A stretch of 64,000 nucleotides of DNA from Utricularia gibba (GCA_002189035.1 CM007990.1:4774001-4838000); one strand, 5' to 3'. Shown: positions 28,201 through 41,979, counted from the first letter of the stretch. A program made the numbers and translations. Notes: generated from the letters alone by a model not told the origin.

Positions 28201-29227
28201 TCTATCATCAGACCACACTTTCCTTTTGTGAAGATCACACACGGTAATCAGAGCTCTCTTGGCCCTTGCCTCGTCATCTTGCTGAGAAAATTAAACATTA
28301 TACATACAAACATAAAAAACGGGCAAACTAACTCTCACAGAGATAAATATACCTCTAGCATTCCAAACAATATTTTCTGAAGTGCCTTATTCCTGGGATC
28401 ATTCTTATGCTTTTGGTTCATACGTCTGATCCAGTGAATAACATGAGAGCAGGCCAATTTCCTCAATTGTCTATCCCCTAGTGTCTGAAGCTCCATGAAC
28501 ACGGAAGCGCATCGGACATATCAATTATCTACAACAGGAATAGCGCACAGAAAGAATTGCAGATAGAGTTAGCTTATTATAGCAGTATTAACAAAACAGG
28601 GTTCTCGTTTCTCGCAGTAACCCGTTGTTGTAATTTGCACCATGCACATTTCAAATCACAATTACTTGGCGACAAAGACAAATAACGCAAGCTGCAACAT
28701 TTGGACACACAGCATCATATATTCACCAGAGTAAATATAAAAAAGGATAAAAGAAAAGAAGAATACTTCTCTCATTACATTACAAGCATCAATCCACAGA
28801 ACATCAAGAGACCGACCTTTCTGTTAATCATGAGTATCAAGGACTGTGTCACATGCAGTCGAAGTCCAGATGGAATGTTGCGGGCTGAAGTTTCAAGAAA
28901 TCGGAGCAATTCAATTGGAAAATTGGCCAACTCTTTTCGGTAGAATGGAGTAACATGGGCTAGAAACATTGCCCGATCAGCCAAGTCTTTAGATATAGTC
29001 ATGTCAGCCGGTATTCCACTGAGAGAGGTAAAGTTCAACGCAGCTTGCTGCTGAAACAATTCTAGAGACGATAGAAACTGGCTATAAATTAGTTTCATCT
29101 CCGACGAATAGCCTTCCGGGTCCGCTTTAATCTTAGATTGCAAACTTGTGAGGCTAAGCTTTTCCGAATCCTGTCCAGAAGCGGATATCGAATCCGCTGT
29201 GAACTCTGTGAACGTCGACGACGCCAT
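25237..29227 (-). CDS. SDA1: Protein SDA1 homolog (60S ribosomal subunit biogenesis), multi-exon
   Basis: LTSLQSKIKADPEGYSSE, MFLAHVTPFY, LRLHVTQSLILMINRK, NVVREICLRMPL-MTEDLLQDLVLYRKSHEKAVSSAARSL, long acidic tract, DGILSNEDFQRIKEL, ends SGKQFRGKKAWK-stop. Confidence 0.95.
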
Positions 29228-29366
29228 CGCCGGCGGAGACAATATGTTTTCGGAAGACAAAACCCTGGAATCTTAGCACCAGGGCCGGTATAGATAATTA
29301 TTTACTTATTGGAAAAAAGAGATTCGAGAGGGCTACATGGCCCGTTTGTTGAATAAGGCCGACACC

Positions 29367-29396
29367 AGCCCATTTTCTTTCATGGGCCTTGGCCCA
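29367..29396. promoter_or_regulatory. Site II (TGGGCY/RGCCCA) element cluster in the SDA1 promoter
   Basis: AGCCCA, TGGGCC and GGCCCA within 30 bp, plus an imperfect telo-box (AAACCCT) near 29260; typical of ribosome-biogenesis genes. Confidence 0.55.
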
Positions 29397-30154
29397 TCAT
29401 ATTGAAAAATAATATATATTCTTTAATGTGCTCAGACCAGACGGGCCTAAGAGCATCTCCATCGCTGGGCGCCCAAATCCCATGTGGCACACACCTCAGC
29501 TTTGTCCGTCATTATTATTGGTCAGGTCACCAATGTGATGACAACAAATGTACGGAAAAAAAAGTCCTCGGACCTTTTATATCCGTGGACAAAACCTTAT
29601 GTTGCTCTAAACCTAATTCATATTCTCTATCTTTTTTCCATCTTCCGTTTGTCTTCCGTTCGCAGTTTCATCAAATTTCTTCCAAGTAACAAATATGTTT
29701 TTGAATTTCATAAAATCTTACCCATAAGTACTTTAAAGATGTGGGTATTGTTAATTTCTTTATTAATGCTTATTTTGGGATCATAAGTTATGTATTTGTT
29801 TTTTTAAAACCTTAAATCTAATAAAATTGATTATATTTGTCTAATTTGTGTTTGTGAAGTAGTTATATTACTATTTGAAAATCATTTATATTTTTTTACA
29901 CTACTAGAATTATTTGAACAACTAAACATGATGTAGAATTATTTTTTAGAAATTATACAATGCATTTTATTTAATTTTTTTCATTTATCATTATTTTCAT
30001 GTCAAAGCTCCTCCAATTTTATGAATGTTCATTAATTGATCTGAATTTGCTTACATGAAATTAAGTTGATTTATTTATGTGTTAGTTTGGGATATTTGAT
30101 GGTATTGTTTGTGTTTATATTGTTTATATATATTTTACATTTTTTTTCATGTAG

Positions 30155-31175
30155 GTACAATGAGTTTGATGGCAAGATGACTGATGAAGAAATTAGCATT
30201 TTACTTTCAGCTTGGTTAAACACTTATGTTAATCCAATTTCTGGCAACTCTCAAAAATCAGAATCTTTTTGGAAAGCTATAGCTTCCTTCTACTGTGATG
30301 CAATAAAAACCAACACCAGCAATGCAAAGTTTCGAGATTCTGAAGCATTAAGGAAGAAATAGGGAAAGTTAAATGCAGATGTGCAGCATTTTTCCGGCAT
30401 ATATGATGGTATTGAACGTAGGCATCCTAGCGGTCACAGTAACAATGATTTCATTGACATGGCTTTGAAGCAATACAAGGAGGTACTTCGCAAACCTTTC
30501 GTGTATTTGGAAGCTTGGAAGATATTGCGTGATCAACCAAAGTGGAGAACGGTAAAGTTTTTTTCTTGTATTATATCTAACCATTAATTTTAGTAACCTA
30601 TTGTTTGACACTCTATACAGGATATAGACAATACAAGAAAGAAGAAAAAGAAAATAAACACAACATCAGATTCCTCATCAGAACAATCTACTATGGCTCC
30701 AAACATGGAAGAAAAAGAGGATTCAGAGACTCTAACTCTGGAGCGTCCCATTGGTCAAAAGAGTGCTAAAAAACGTCTACTTCGAGGAAGTCCTTCAAGA
30801 GGTATTTCTGAAGAGAAAATAGCTGCAGTGGAACTTTTGACTGACAAATTAGATGGATATAGATTGGAGATGACAAGACACAATGACATATTTTAACAAC
30901 ATATATCTGTTAACAATGCACAAGTTTTAGTCAACTCCGCACATGAGTTGAGGCTATTGATCGATATGGATATGTCAAAGATGAATGACTTACAGAAGAA
31001 GTTGTACACTGAGGCATGTAGTCGTGCATTATCTGGTATGACTACTTCAGGTTCTATTCCTGATAAGCCTTTATCAAACACTGAGATTGGACCTACAAAT
31101 CAGCTTAGATCGACATCCCAGGACAACTTTCAGGAGCCACTTGTTGATTTTAGTGATGACTTAGATCTTTTGTGA
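30155..31175 (+). pseudogene. Harbinger ORF1 Myb/SANT-like (NAM-associated) DNA-binding protein, disrupted
   Basis: EEISILLSAWLN..GNSQKSESFWKAI, EAWKILRDQPKW, ERPIGQKSAKK; in-frame stops at 30360 (TAG) and 30894 (TAA); intron about 30552-30619. Confidence 0.85.
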
Positions 31176-31319
31176 TTTCTTGGATTTTTAATTATTGTTG
31201 TTTAGGACTTTTATGACTTTAATAGTATTGTAGTGGGATTTGGATTGTGAATTACTATTTTTAATCATTTACATGTTTTTTAGGAGTGATACAAATAATA
31301 TTACCATAGCATATAACCT

Positions 31320-31535
31320 AAAAGATTTCTACCTACCACGTTTACCAAATTTATCAAAGTAACACGCTAACTAAAATACTTTTACCTACCATACCTACCA
31401 AAGTAATGCAACAAACGAAAGTTCTCTACCTACCACACCTACCAAATTAGTGCACCAACTGAAAGTCTTTTACCTACCACACCTACTGAAGTAGTACACC
31501 AATCGAAAGTCCTCTACCAACCACACCTACCACAA
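31320..31535. repeat. About five imperfect copies of a 44-bp unit (core CTACCTACCACACCTAC) between the two transposon ORFs
   Basis: GAAAG unit starts at 31417, 31461 and 31505 (period 44); degenerate copies near 31381 and 31328. Confidence 0.8.
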
Positions 31536-31590
31536 TATTTTTAATTTATATTAACTTATATATATACCATAGCACGAAAGTTCTTTCACA

Positions 31591-32887
31591 ATGGATCCTC
31601 ACAACTCCAGCAATATTCCATTCCCAAATGTTCATTTCGATCCGAATGATATTCCATTCTTTATGCCTAGCCATAGTGATGTTATCATTGATGATGTTGA
31701 AGCTGTTGTTGATTTATTGGAAGATGAACCAAATCCGTCTCGAAAGCAAAGAGGAAAGCGTGCATATATTGATCGTGATAGTGAGATGGGCAACACTCGT
31801 TTGGTAGCAGATTATTTCTCTATTAATGCTACATACACTGATCAAATGTTTCGTTGTCGTTTCAGAATGCGTCGTAGTTTGTTTGAGCGTATTATGTGCA
31901 GTGTTCGGGAAGTAGATCCATATTTACAAGAAAGCATTGATGCAACAGGCCGTGTCTCATTAACTACAATGCAAAAGTGCACTACTGCTATGCGAATGAT
32001 GGCTTATGGATATGGTGCTGACGCTTGTGATGAATATTTTCGAATTGGTGAATCTACTGTCCTCAAATGCTTAAGATCTTTTGTATCTGCAATTCGTATT
32101 GTATTCGAGACAGAATATATAAGGCGTCCCAATTCAAGTGATATTCAAAAATTGCTTTTATGGGGAGAGGAAAGAGGATTCCCAAGCATGCTCGGAAGTA
32201 TAGATTGCATGCATTGGGAGTGGAAGAATTGTCCAGTGGCTTGGAAAGGTCAATATAGTCGTGGGCATGGTTCGTCTACTATTATCCTAGAGGCTGTAGC
32301 CTCAAAGGATACTTGGATATGACATTCTTTCTTTGGAACTCCTGGTTCTAATAATGATCTGAATGTGTTGTCCCATTCACCTTTATTCGATGATTTGCAT
32401 CAAGGTATTGCCCCTCCGGTCGAATACTTTGTAAATGGGAAGAAATATGACATGGTATATTATTTAGCTGATGGTATTTATCCTGAATGGCCTGTTTTCA
32501 TGAAGACTATCACTCTTCCATAAAATCCGAAAACAAGGTTATTTGCTGCTATTCAAGAAAGTACAAGGAAGAGCATTTGGAGTGCTTCAAACAAGATTTG
32601 GGATCATTTACTCACCAGCTCGAGTATGGGATCATCAAACGCTTATCGATATTATGTATGCGGCAATAATTTTACACAATATGATAGTAGAAGATGAAGG
32701 TGATGAGGATCAGCCAAGCCCTGAAGATTATGATCAAGTTAATGTTGGACAACTGCCCAATCGTCTAGGATAGAATATTCAAGCTTTTGAAGACTATCTT
32801 GGTAGAGTTATAAAATCCAGAGAAAAAACGTTGCACAAACAACTCAAGACGGACTTGATCGATCACATTTGAGCTAAATTTGGTTAA
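31591..32887 (+). pseudogene. Harbinger/Pong DDE transposase, disrupted
   Basis: RLVADYF..FRCRFRMRRSLF, YFRIGESTV, MLGSIDCMHWEWKNCPVAWKGQY, TIILEAVAS, GSNNDLNVL, YYLADGIYPEW. Stops at 32320 (TGA) and about 32521 (TAA); a short deletion removes the DVE of RKDVERAFG. Confidence 0.92.
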
Positions 32888-33860
32888 TTTAAAGTATCTA
32901 ATATTAAGTTGTTTCTCATATTATGTTGTATGGTTGTTGTATTTTTAAGTAATAAATAATAAATTTAAATAATATAAAATTGATAAATGTTAATTATTCA
33001 ATAAGAAAATGTACGGACACCAATGTGAAAAAGAATGGAAAGATGATGTGTAATTTTTAATATTAAATTTTAATTAAAATAAATGTGATGTGGAAGATAG
33101 AGAATATGATATTTAAAAAAAATTAATTGGTTTGGGCGGACAGCGATGTGAATGCTCTAAGATTCTTGGCTGTCCATGGCGGTGGCCCATTCTACTCGCG
33201 CCGGATTCTCGTGGTCAAAATGGAACTCACTCAAAGAACAGTCTGTGCGGTGCTGCTGGATTTTCTTTTTCATCGCTGCAGGAGGAATAAGATGCTTGTG
33301 AATAGATCATTCAATAACATCGGGCCGACGATCGTCGGGTTGATATTTGAGGTACGTTTTGAACGGAACTGTTTCTCCAGTTACGGTTTGTGGTGTTACC
33401 GTTGGAGTTGGCTTAGGCATTAATGTGCAATTTTACCTTAGTATCCGTTGGCCGCATGAAGTTGTACTGCTCAATCTATGCAGCTGTTTTAGGAGACGTA
33501 TTTCATCCGGAGGAACTTGCTAGTCCTGAGAGATGCTGGCATTTGTTTCAGGGAAAATGAGAGTACCTGAGAAATTGTATGCTGCCTAAACATTGCGTAT
33601 TTGTCATTGATAAGAGCTTCTCTCTTTTTCTAAATAGACTGGCCGGTCTGTGGAGCCCTTGGATTACAGTTGAATTTCATTTTGCCGAAGTGTTGTAATT
33701 TCTCTGGAGGTGTTGTTTACAAAGATCGCCCTTTTGAAGGGGACTTGTGGAAGTGATTGCAGGCGGGGATCAGATGGTAGATTGATTTTCCTACCCTGTT
33801 GCCACATCTGAATGCCTTGAAGACACTTAAAATGCACTAAGGAAAATTCAATATTTCATT

Positions 33861-36085
33861 TCATAGCATGAAGTGTCCTAGGAAGCTTTTTCCAACTAGC
33901 TTCACTATGGTATTTATCTTAGTGAGGATGCTACTTCTTTTTTCAGATCGTGTGCTATCTACAATCTTGAACCACTGTCTTCCAGGATCGCAAGGGCTGT
34001 TTTTTTCCAAGCATATGCAACTTTCCGTGACAATATTATTGTTTGAGTCCGCAGCCAGGCATACCTTTGACCCGTCTTCAAGGTTCGTCGATAAATGCAT
34101 CTTTGAGTTGGAAATAGCTTCCCATTTTGTACCATTGCCGTTACAAAGGATGGTCAATTTCGCAGGCTCCCCCAACTTCTCTCCCTGTACGCAGAAATAC
34201 GTCCCTGTGACAGTCAAGGTATGCTGGGCGCTATAACTCCATGATTCAGCTTCTGAGCATTGGCGCAAAACCAGTGGTTCCAACCATGAGGTTTTCGTGA
34301 CACAGAGACCTGTTGATGGATGAAAAAGTACTTTATGCAGAGTTGCCTCCTCATATCCCGGCCCTGCAATGTCAAATCATGTCTGGCTTGTGTTTTTATG
34401 ACGGTGAGTTTTTGATAAACATTCAGATTTTGGGGGAACACAGATACCTCTGAACGGATATTGAAGGGCAGATATCTTGTCTAGTATAGTCTGGTTTCGA
34501 ATTTGAGACCAATTCCAGTTGTAAACTCCGTAAGTTTCTTCCTCCCCAATTGTCCCTTCTCTAATGTAGTAACTGCCTTGTAGTGCCCACAGCGCCCAGT
34601 CCAAATCTTTCTCAGCTGCCCACCCATGAAGCAGTTCAAGTACCTGTTGTCATTTACATTGGTGCCCCTCATGTCCACCCCAAACTCACTTATAAATAAG
34701 GGGTAGCCCTGGTCTGACAAAAAGCCCCCCTTCCACATTATATCTCCACCACCTGCCGCAAACTTGGTTGGGGTTACTGTTTTCCCAAGCCTGCCCACTC
34801 GAGAAGCCATACCAGTGCAGCTCGAAGACTAGCTTGCCTGAAAAAGTTAATTTGACCTTTCTGAGGTGAAGAAATGTGAAATCTCGGTCATAAGATAGGC
34901 CGGATAAAATGACAAGAACGTCCGGGTTGGCTTTGTGAACTGCCTCAGCTCCGTTCTGCATGTACCTGCTCCATGGCAACCTTGAGACTCCAATACCTTA
35001 CTGTAGGAACTGAAATGTATGAGGTATGTGATCAATACCTGTACCAGTCGATAAAGTTTTGCCTTGGGCCCCTTAGCTCATTCCTCAGACTCATTGCAAT
35101 GACATTCTTTGTATCATTGAAGGTGGTGGCAACTTTAGTGAGGCCCTGAATCCAAAGCTTAGGATCGAAGTACTTGTCTCCGAAAAATCCATTTCCATCG
35201 GTGTTGCTGCAACACCACCCGGGCTTGCTCGTATGGTTATCTAGAATGATCATCACGTTCTTCCTTGCTAGACTTGCTACCACTGCCTGATAGTAACCCA
35301 TGTTCCATTGATAATTTAGATTAGTGGTTAGTATTTTTCTTCGTCAGCCTTGACAACTTATCTGCTAGCGTTGAAAAGGTAAGTGGTGTCTGGGACATGT
35401 TCGTGTTCCCCACCTCTATGAATGCCTAATAAATGCCGTCACCTACAGGTTCCCTTTGCATTATTTTATGATGTGATCAGTAGCTATCATATGTTTCTTG
35501 ATTGAACTTCTTACTAGTTTCTTTTCTTCTTCTTTTTTTTTTTTGTTTTTTTTTTTTGCTACCTCTTGAACATAACGAAGAAACAGTAGCAGCAAGAAAA
35601 CAAGAGTGTGATCCCTTTTTTCCAGGCTAAAATCAAGTCTTGTGCTTTTCTTTTCTTCTTTTGACTGGAGAATTATTAACAGGTAACAGAGTTTGTGACC
35701 TTACCTGGTAAGCATTGATGAGAGGGAGATCAATGATGGAGGGGTTGTTCGCCTGAAGTCCCTCCAAGGCCTCATTCAATCCAAGGTTTGTGAATGATTC
35801 TCTAACAGTAAGCGATGCAATTGTATCATTTGTAAACAGGAAAAGCGGCCAAGTTAGCCTAACACAGTTGAATCCCATATCTCTGATCTGCTGTGAAATC
35901 TCATCAACAGAGTGATAGCTTAGACCCTCAGCCACCACAGCATCAAGATGAGATGGCCAGTTCACACATGCCAGCTTCACCCGTCGCCCCGATCCATCCA
36001 CAATCCACCGGGATGACGTCCACAACGGCTGACCTGCAGCCAGACCGATCAAGAGACCAACCAAGACAGGTAAGAACTTCACCAT
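33861..36085 (-). CDS. Glycoside hydrolase family 5 protein with C-terminal ricin-B-like lectin domain (At1g13130-like), secreted
   Basis: Signal peptide; PLWTSSRWIVD..RVKLACVNWPSH, ILDNHTSKPGWCC, acid/base LRNELRGP, nucleophile PLFISEFG, DLDWALWAL, LFHPSTGLCV; frameshifts in G-runs near 34750 and 34623. Confidence 0.92.
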
Positions 36086-37833
36086 TTTTTATGTCTAGAT
36101 TTCGTTGCATTGGTTTTTATAGCGAGAAAGTGGATAGCTACAGGTCTCTTTAGGAAAAGGGTGGCTTTGCTTGCCATCAACCCCATCCTCAGAATCATCA
36201 GAGACACAAATCACACGAGTTAGTTCTGCAAAGAATCCATTAGAATGCCTTTTAAGTGGCCGTAGATGGGAAGACTTGCAAGCCAAATACGGAGAAGGCG
36301 TCACGCAACGTTGCCATTGGTCTTTGAACGTATCTGGCCGCAGGTACTCCTCTTCCCCCCTATCCTGTTTGACTTCACTAAGACACGTGTTCTGATAGCA
36401 TCAATTCAACAACCAATAAGCAACTCTGCTGATGGATTTTGTCAAGTGCATGTTTTTCTCTATAAAATAAGTAATATCTGCTACAGCATCAAGTCACCAG
36501 CTGAGGGAAATTTGAGGGAGAACAAGACTGGCTAAATGGGTATTCCGGTAAAGGGGAAGACAAAAAAGCACCAGGGCATTTTTCATTCCTACCTTTATGC
36601 TCAAGTCATCACTTAAATACTCTCTCACACATATTACATTAAAAAAAAATTATATTTGGTCAGATTTTTCATACAATAGAAGAGTATAATCAGATTTCTA
36701 AATACCTTGGTCTTTCATGGATGAGTCATTTTGAAAATTGGAAATTCAATTTTATTATTGAATATGAATAAGTTATGTTTTAAAAAATTAGAAACAATTT
36801 TCATTTTTAATCAGTTCAAACATCTCAACTTTTAATTTTTCAAAAATAATGTTCAAAAATTTTTTTTTCAAAAAATTATATTAAATATAATAGAAATTAA
36901 AAATGGATTCAATGCAATTATGCAAGGACTAAGCATGCTACTGATACGGGCTCTTTGAGTGTCAAGAGAGAAGAGTGATTTAGAAAAATAGCAATATTTA
37001 TTTTATCTGATATATATTAAATTTAAAATTTATTAAAGAACATGATTATGTAAAGATGTTTATTATTATCTTTTAAAAGTAAAAGGAGTATAAAATGTAA
37101 AACTCTTATTATAAAATATAAATATTTTTTAAAATAAATAAATAATTATATTAATTGATTTCTCAAATATATTTAAATAATTAAACCATAAAATATATTA
37201 ACTCATAATTTATTATATTTTAGTTGAAATTAAAAAATTTGAGGAAAATTGTTCATTTTATTATAAATATTGCAAATTCTATTTCAAGGGTTCGCCGGTT
37301 TGGCGGATTTTCCGCAAGTACCCGAGTTTCTCAAAGCCGTTTGCTGGAAGCTCTCTCGCCTTGAGGCGGTGGCCGCGGCTGCCTCCGAAATTTTGTACAG
37401 GTTCGTCGCTGCGCTTTTGGATTGATGTTTTTTATGGTGCAAACTTTTTATTTAAATTCATAATTGCCGTTTAGAAACTCGGAATGTCAGTGGTGAAGGG
37501 AAGAAATGCTGCTTATATTCATGATGTGTTACTTTAACAATCGATTCTTTGCCAGTGTGCTTCATTCTGCTCTGTTCGAAAATATGAAAGGAACGCTTTG
37601 ATTTCCAGTTGGTGGGCCATTTTTAGATGGAAAGGAACGCTTCATTGAGTTCTGCGTCATAATGTGGATTGGCGTGGCAGATCACTTTTATATTCTAGTT
37701 ACGCCTAACCTTTCGAAATGTTTTAAATCTTTCGATCTGCATATTGTGGGCATTTTTTTTTCGTTTTTTGTTTCTTTACCTATGTATCTGTTTGGGCTCT
37801 TAGATATTTGGTTCTCTGAAAGCGAGGAAAAAT

Positions 37834-40800
37834 ATGGAGTTGAAACGTCGTTGGCCACATAACGTCAATGGCATTAGCCTTGATCCACAGCCAGATTGGA
37901 GTTTCAATGAATTGTTATCAGAGTTGAAGTCAATAGATAACAGGACCTCTAGTTCAGAGCTTTCTGGGCATTTTACAAAAAAACAACCCAAGTACGCATT
38001 CACCCCTTCTTACTAAGCTACATCAACTGTGCCCTCACTAAAACGTCATATGGAATTTTCAGACAACTGAAAACCACGAAGAGGAAGGGCAATGATGCTG
38101 GTGGATTTTCGGTAGGCATTTCAAATGATAATAGCTACGACACTGATAGTGTTTGTGAGGTTGCCATCTCGTCAGCTCAGGGCAGAAGATTTGTATGTGG
38201 TGAGCTCGATGAGAGGTACTTTCTGCATTTAGCATAGTTGCATGTAATGTATTTATCATGTTCCCTCGCAAGAATGATATTGTTTTGGTATCTCGGGTTT
38301 GAAACAATGGTGTTGCAGCTGCACAAATAAGCCAAATTATTTATATTTTGTTTTTTGGCGTCTTCTATTGTATGGGCAGCGATGATTCTGATAATGAAGT
38401 AGCTTCTGAGATTCAATGTTGGACGGGTAAGGCTAGTTTGGCTAAGAGTACACTCCACCAGCTGGCTAAGGATTACTTTATGAGTGCAATGGTGAGTTCT
38501 TGTTTTTGTTGCGTGTTCAAGTTTTAATTGGGAATTTCATGATTATCCGTTTTCTAAAACATATATTCCATCATATACTTCAATGGTAAATTGGTAGTGT
38601 TTGTAGTGCTCCATGATTAGCTGGTTCCTTCATAATAACAGGAAAAAACAAGATCTAAGATACAGTTGATGGAAGAAAAGCTAGCTGATGAATATGAAAT
38701 AACCATGTCTTCACTCAATGAGATTGATCGACATCGAGAGAAGCAGCATAGACTGGAGATAAAATTAGACATGGATTATAAGCAAACAATGTAAAAATCC
38801 GGATTTTGGTACATATGTTACAAAATGATAAGTCTTTCAATCGTGAGCTTGCAATACTAATTTTGTAACGTCACCAGAGCAGAGGCACTCGATTCTTATT
38901 TAACTCCTGTACAAAGAGACCGTGAGAATATATCACAATCTGAAGAAAGAAAAATTAGAGATGATGCAGCGCGTGAGGAGGCAAAAAGAAAGGAAAAGGC
39001 TCTCGAAAGACAAAAGGCTGAAGAAGAGGTTTTTTTTTCTGTTCTTAAATGCCATTTTTTCTAGCTCTACCACACTGAATCGTTTAGTACGACTGAAAAA
39101 AATCATGCTTATTGGATACCATCCATCTATTTCTCCTTTTGATTCATTTTGCTTAGGTAAGTTATCTTCTCATGTATTCAGTCCAGATTAAAAGCTGAGC
39201 TTGCTGAAAAAGCTAGAGCAGCGGAAATGGAAGCAGAAAAGAGAGCTGCTGAGGAAGCTGCAGCCAGACTTGCTTCAGAAAAATTAAAGGAGACCACTTC
39301 TGCTGCATCTGGGGATCCTAATGCTGTTTCACATGCGCAAGCAGGTTCTATGAACCCCTATATGTGTCAAGAGAATAGTTTCTTCTCCAAATTTTTCACA
39401 TGGGCTTCTTCAATTCTTTTCTACAGCAAAAAAAATAGTCAAAGCATCCAAGAATGCTCTAGAATTGGAGAAACGAAGAAGGAAATTTTGGGAAGAATAC
39501 ACTAATATGGGAGCGAGTGACCATCAGGTATTGCATTAAAAAATCAGAACTCTGATTTTCAGGTCGTTTTCTGTTCTCCCAAATTAACCTGGTTTTTTGG
39601 CTACACCGAATATCTCAATAGCTTAACTGAATTTGGAAGAAAAATAAATGCCGCTAGCCACATCTGTTGCTCACTTGAAAACCAGCAATAAACGTTTCTT
39701 CATGTGCAGGACTATGATAAACTGGGAAGAGTTATCCGTTTGAAACTTAGGACAATTACACACAGATTAGAAATCATCAGGTGATGTGTTTCAGAATGCT
39801 TTGGCAGATCTTCATCATGGTGGAATCTAAATTTTGTTATGGAGTCACTAAATTTGGTTTTTCTCCCATTGGTCTAGAACAAGAGCGGGTGAATTGGTCC
39901 ATATAATCAATAGTTCAGGATGCCCTCAGCACATCGGAATCAAGTTGTTTGTTGAAAAGGTCTTGCAGATTTTTCTCTATATTAATTTGCAGTATCTGAT
40001 TTCGGATGAGTTCTTCTCTGTCACCTTTGTATGCATGGTAATCGTGAGGTTCATAATGCAGATTTTGAGCATCTGCTTAACCCAGACCTCTCAAGCTGTA
40101 TTTGCTATCACTAGAGTAATAATTCTTGTGAATTCAAAGGTAAAACATCTAATAGTTCGTTTTTAGTGTATTATTTTGTCTGTCTTATGCACCAGCTGTT
40201 GCATGCGAAGGTAAAACATCTAATAAGCCAAGATTTATTTCTTTTCACAATATTTATACAGGTATAAACCCCAAAAGCATCTGCCTGGTTTCGTACCACA
40301 TTCTTCGGCATGATCCTGTGCAGCGAGATTGGATAAACGCTGCACAGTTCTGTATTGCCATTTTCTTTTTTTAGGTTCCACTCTCCCTCCTAAGGAGTTC
40401 TTCTTCCTTTCCAAGCTAGGTACCAGCCACCATGGACATTCTCCTTGCTGAGATGAATAGCGTTTGCATGTACACTGTTCCAAAATACATTGAATACTCA
40501 AAGGTATCCCTCACCTTATTTTCTGCTATGCTTCTCCGCAAAATCCTGCTGGTTTTGGAAATATGTTTCATTTTGTATGTATGCTTTCAGGAAGCGTTTG
40601 CAACTAAAAATTCTTATTTAAACGCCATTGGTTACAAAGAAAAAAGTGGGCAAATGGAGAGCAAAGAAGACTACATCAACACCTTGCAATCTTACATGAC
40701 ACTATATGGAGCGATAATCCAGGTTTTTCAGATCCTCTATGCTTTCTTTCACTGCTTTACGGTCCAATGATAGAAGTTTACCTCCTAAGACTCTCGTTCC

Positions 40801-41246
40801 ATCCCCCTGTTTGCTACGCCAGACTCAAGTCGATGGCTTTCATAATCCACATGGCCTGCCAGAGGGCTGGGCGTGGCTGGCCAGATTTTGCAACTCAATC
40901 CCAGCAAACCTTTACACCGCAGCCGCGTTGAGATCATTTCTCCAGGTAAAACCGAACTCCAATCCTTCTTTTCATGTTGTAAAACCTCTATATCCGGTGA
41001 GGTGAACAAGCAAAACTTCACCTGCAGGCAGCAGGCTACGCTCTCCACAGGAGGTACAGAAACCAGTTCGAAAAGCTGCTGACAATCATCACCAATGAGT
41101 TTGTGAGCTCGTTGGGAGCGGGTACCCTGGTGGAGAAGGAAAAGGCAGCCATCACGGATTACATAGCAGATCGTAGGTACCTGAAGGAGCCACCGGAAGC
41201 CCAACTCGAGATGGGCAGTTTAGTTTCCTCCGTGATCGATGATTGA
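37834..41246 (+). CDS. GLE1: mRNA export factor / nucleoporin GLE1, multi-exon
   Basis: NGISLDPQPDWSF, RRFVCGEL, IAEALDSYLTPVQRD..EERKIRDDAAREEAKRKEKA, MDILLAEMNSVCMYTVPK, HGLPEGWAWLARFCNSIPAN, GYALHRRYRNQFEK, YIADRRYLKEP-stop 41246. The exact start codon is uncertain. Confidence 0.92.
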
Positions 41247-41979
41247 CAGAGAGCACTCTTTACCTATTCATCTACACAGCAGTGAGGCGTCCGGCGCAGC
41301 CGCCGACGACCGCCGGATATTGTACGGATGGAATGTATGCACTTGTTTTACTGTCATTGCAATGTACCAGTGAAGAAAAGCAGCCCCTTTTTCTGCTGTA
41401 AAATCAATTCAATTCTCCTAGATTCAGAATAATTTTTGAAACTTTTTTCAATTTTATTAGAAGTATGGTGGCTTTTCTCTTCAATTTCTTAGAATTGATT
41501 TATAAAATATGAGTATTAATTTTAACTCAATTTTTATTTTTTTTATACTTTAAGTATAATTTAATTCTACGATAATTATTTTAAAAAAATAGTCCTAGGC
41601 ATCATTCAAATTAAAGGCTCCCATCCGGCACATGATTCATGTGACTATTTAGGGACATTCAAGAGAGGCGAGGGCTGTAAAGTCATTTCATTAATATTAT
41701 AAATATAATTCTAGAAGAAAAGGAGAATATTATTCCGTAGACTTTGCAATTTGGGAAAAAAATGGAGGGCATGATTCTCATTTATAAATGATTTAAAAAA
41801 ATGAAAAATGTTGATTTCATTCTGATGTGGGGATCAAGGTTAAGTTAACTGTAATAATGATGGTAATTGCAGTGGGTTAGGTGGCAGTTTGACCAAGTCT
41901 ATCGGAGATCGATAAATGCATCAGCAGAGCTGTCAACTTCGTGCAGGCTCTCTCTTCCTTGTGACCTCCCATCCCATCT

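Larger units (their letters stand above)
29451..33157 (+). mobile_element. PIF/Harbinger superfamily (Pong-like) DNA transposon, 3707 bp, complete ends, both ORFs disabled
   Basis: Left TIR GAGCATCTCCATCGCTGGGCGCCCAAA; right TIR (reverse complement) GAGCATTCACATCGCTGTCCGCCCAAA; TAA target-site duplication at 29448-29450 and 33158-33160; Myb/SANT-like ORF followed by a DDE transposase on the same strand. Confidence 0.95.

Noticed and set aside
31320-31535. Regularly spaced repeats superficially like a CRISPR array
   Set aside because: Head-to-tail tandem units without unique spacers, inside a plant transposon, with no cas genes.
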